Assembly (NCBI GenBank): GCA_963674705.1
Contig: OY771506.1
Coordinates: forward strand, 4,640,001-4,704,000
Origin: Phycisphaeraceae bacterium
Lineage (GTDB): Bacteria; Planctomycetota; Phycisphaerae; Phycisphaerales; Phycisphaeraceae
Length of the DNA: 64,000 nt
Direction: 5' to 3'
Shown here in pieces: positions 61,786 to 64,000 of this stretch; within the stretch, counting starts at the first letter, position 1; each line of letters opens with the position of its first letter. Position numbers and translations under genes: made by a program. The notes under the pieces are model-generated. The model was given only the letters and a program-made list of their open reading frames with translations, had not been told where the DNA came from and did no database searches.

Positions 61786-62952
61786 TTAACCAAAGCGATG
61801 CTTGCGTCGGTATGTGATAGGCGTCTCGCCTGTTTCGCGTTTGAAGACTCTGCAAAGGTGATACATGTTGCCAAACCCCGACCGATCAGCGACTTCCTGC
61901 AACGTTGCGTCCGTCTCGGCAAGCAAGGACTTTGCTTTGTTCAGATGCGCCCGGCGGATCTCCTGAAGCGGGCTTCGGCCCAGGTGTTCACGGAACTTAC
62001 GCTCGAGTTGCCTGCGTGAAACGGGTACGATATCAAGGATGTCATCGACGCTGATCGGTCGATGCGATGCACTTTCAACGAACTTCACCGCTGCGGACAG
62101 GTCCGGATCATCCACTGCAAGTACGGATGTTGATTGACGGGGCGAGATACCAAGCGGGGGAAGTTTGACCCATGCATTGTCGACATGTTCGCCTTTCATG
62201 CGTTTATCAAGCATAACACCGGCTTCGTAACCGATGCGTGACAACGGGACTTTTATGCTGGAAAGCGCGGGTGTTGCCATATCGCAATGCAGCGAATCAT
62301 CGTTCACGCCGATCATTGCGACGTCTTCCGGTACACGAAGTCCTGCCCGATGTGCGACTTGCGTGATCCACAAGCCCCACTCGTCATCCCCTAGCAGCAA
62401 TCCGAACGGCCTTGGGATAGATGCAAGCCAATCAGCAAGCACATCATCTGCAGACGTCCATGCTTGCGACATATCCAGGCGAGGCAAGGGAGGCGATGCG
62501 CTGACTTCACAGCTTAGGCCATTGTCGATGATTGCTTGCTTGTAGCCTTCGAGCTGTTGATCGCACGATTCCCAGGAACTATCGCCGAAGTAAGCGAAGT
62601 CACGGAAACCCAGTTCGATGAGGTGATTTGCAGCCATCCGCCCTACTGCTGCGTGATCAACACCTACACCCGCAAGACTACCGCTTGTTCGGTGGTTAGA
62701 GACATCGATCACCGGCACATCCAACTGGCGCAGCGTGTTTTCCATCTCCGCGTCGGTGATGTTGGCGATGATTCCGTCGGGGCGCCAACGGCGAAGACGG
62801 TCGAGGTGGTCGAGTGTCAGGCCGCGCACGCCGTGCAGTTCCCATTCGGAGCGAGCGAGTTCGAGGCTAAGCAGGCCGCGCAATACCCTGCGCCAATAAC
62901 TATGGTCGCGATTGAACGCCAGAGCAATCCGCTTGTATGGCCGAGTGGGCAT
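61786..62952 (-). CDS. XylR-type regulator (periplasmic-binding-fold sensor plus AraC HTH)
   Basis: VPEDVAMIGVNDD, PALSSI, RQSTSV, SRRQLERKF, FKRETGETP; GAGGTG RBS before ATG 62952. Confidence 0.92.
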   Translation of the reverse strand: MPTRPYKRIALAFNRDHSYWRRVLRGLLSLELARSEWELHGVRGLTLDHLDRLRRWRPDGIIANITDAEMENTLRQLDVPVIDVSNHRTSGSLAGVGVDHAAVGRMAANHLIELGFRDFAYFGDSSWESCDQQLEGYKQAIIDNGLSCEVSASPPLPRLDMSQAWTSADDVLADWLASIPRPFGLLLGDDEWGLWITQVAHRAGLRVPEDVAMIGVNDDSLHCDMATPALSSIKVPLSRIGYEAGVMLDKRMKGEHVDNAWVKLPPLGISPRQSTSVLAVDDPDLSAAVKFVESASHRPISVDDILDIVPVSRRQLERKFREHLGRSPLQEIRRAHLNKAKSLLAETDATLQEVADRSGFGNMYHLCRVFKRETGETPITYRRKHRFG

Positions 62953-62999
62953 GAAAGTCACCTCGGGATGCACCTTGAACGTACAAGGCGTTTGGTACT

Positions 63000-64000
63000 T
63001 CACTCAACGAGGAACGGCGCATTGGCGGTCCCGAGTTTCCCCGCGGGGCTATAGCCATAGAAGTATAGCCGATACGCACCGGGCTCATTGGGTGTCGTAA
63101 AGCGGATCGTTTTGTCATCAATGACTTCAAGCCCGACAGCCAGGCCGGTATCCGTGATCGCCTGGCTTCCCTGCGCTTCCGTGACCCTCTGCTCGGGCAG
63201 TACTTCCCAACGCACATCGAGCGTATCAGGATCGGCGTGCGTGTAGCTGACTTTTGCGGTGACGGTTTGTCCGGGCTTGAGGTGGATGCTTGAATCGAAT
63301 GCCTGGCCGTTGATGTCCAGCGCAGTAACCCAGGGCGAACGTTTTTCGGGCCATGCGCCGGTCCAGATGTACTGCATCATATCTACAACGGCATTGGGTT
63401 CGCCGTTCTCATGAAACAGGCTGAACCAGGTAGAGGTGCCCTTGGGAACGTAACCCCACTTGAATGGGAAAACACCAAGGCAGTGATTCTTATCCTGCAT
63501 CAGGTATTCGTAACGTTCACGGTAGATATCAGCCTTGATCCCGCTTGGCGGTTCGATCGGTACTTTCCAGTCGGTGCGGTAACTCGTCTCCCATGTCCCG
63601 TTGATACCGATCTCGGTAATCATGTACGGGCCCGTCCAGCCGGCTTTTTTCACATTCAGCGGAACGTTCTTGTATGAACCATAAGTATTCATCCCGAGGA
63701 TGTCGATCTCCGGGGCGCGTGTGCGTACAGCGGTGATGCGCTCGACCGCGGAGCCGGCAAGCACGGTCATCGTCGGATGGTTTGGATCTACCTTGTGGAT
63801 GAACTTGGCGATTTCGTTCATCGCTTCGTAAGGCTGGCCGCCGCGTGCTTCGGCTTCATTGCCGACGGCCCAGATGAGCACGGCCGGGTGATCCTTGTAC
63901 TTCAGGATCTCCTTGGTCAGCTCTTCATACTGCTTGGCGACCATCTGCGGGTCAGCATAATCAAATCCGTCACGCTTGTGCCCGAGCCAGAGGCCGATGA
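63000..64000 (-). CDS. Clan-A TIM-barrel glycoside hydrolase, paralog of 12731..14059; 5' end lies beyond the right edge
   Basis: YKDHPAVLIWAVGNE, DPNHPTMTVLAG, ITEIG..G.WE, WTGAWP, PGAYRLY. Confidence 0.85.
   Translation of the reverse strand, partial: IGLWLGHKRDGFDYADPQMVAKQYEELTKEILKYKDHPAVLIWAVGNEAEARGGQPYEAMNEIAKFIHKVDPNHPTMTVLAGSAVERITAVRTRAPEIDILGMNTYGSYKNVPLNVKKAGWTGPYMITEIGINGTWETSYRTDWKVPIEPPSGIKADIYRERYEYLMQDKNHCLGVFPFKWGYVPKGTSTWFSLFHENGEPNAVVDMMQYIWTGAWPEKRSPWVTALDINGQAFDSSIHLKPGQTVTAKVSYTHADPDTLDVRWEVLPEQRVTEAQGSQAITDTGLAVGLEVIDDKTIRFTTPNEPGAYRLYFYGYSPAGKLGTANAPFLVE

Overview
Gene-dense bacterial DNA that looks like a planctomycete, probably Phycisphaerae. This is inferred from three DUF1559-type prepilin-like proteins, seven PEP-CTERM proteins, a LEPRxLL-type protein and dockerin-like repeats. 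Most of the window is carbohydrate-utilisation loci with no SusC/SusD or TonB-dependent receptor: (i) 1-7.9 kb: two GH30-like enzymes, GH130, two PEP-CTERM proteins and a tandem pilin-like pair whose putative promoters share one architecture; (ii) 7.9-22.1 kb: a LacI locus with a LamG PEP-CTERM protein, a pilin-like protein, an esterase, a clan-A glycoside hydrolase and an Opp/Dpp binding protein-permease fusion, then an oxidoreductase, AraC and uxaE; (iii) 22.5-30 kb: a ~2,480-aa Gly-rich PEP-CTERM gene broken by three single-base homopolymer frameshifts; (iv) 30-42.6 kb: czcCBA-like metal efflux and a sigma54 activator divergent from sbp-cysTWA; (v) 42.6-64 kb: a GH50 agarase-like, sugar ABC, FAD oxidoreductase and sulfatase locus with three PEP-CTERM proteins. 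Notable non-coding structure includes a nested 9-nt-periodic inverted-repeat element, repeated ACCGGT palindromes, phased ATATTTNAT repeats, and a dockerin module flanked by a 12-bp direct repeat. No rRNA, tRNA, CRISPR array or transposase was recognised. All family calls come from motifs read by eye, not from database searches.
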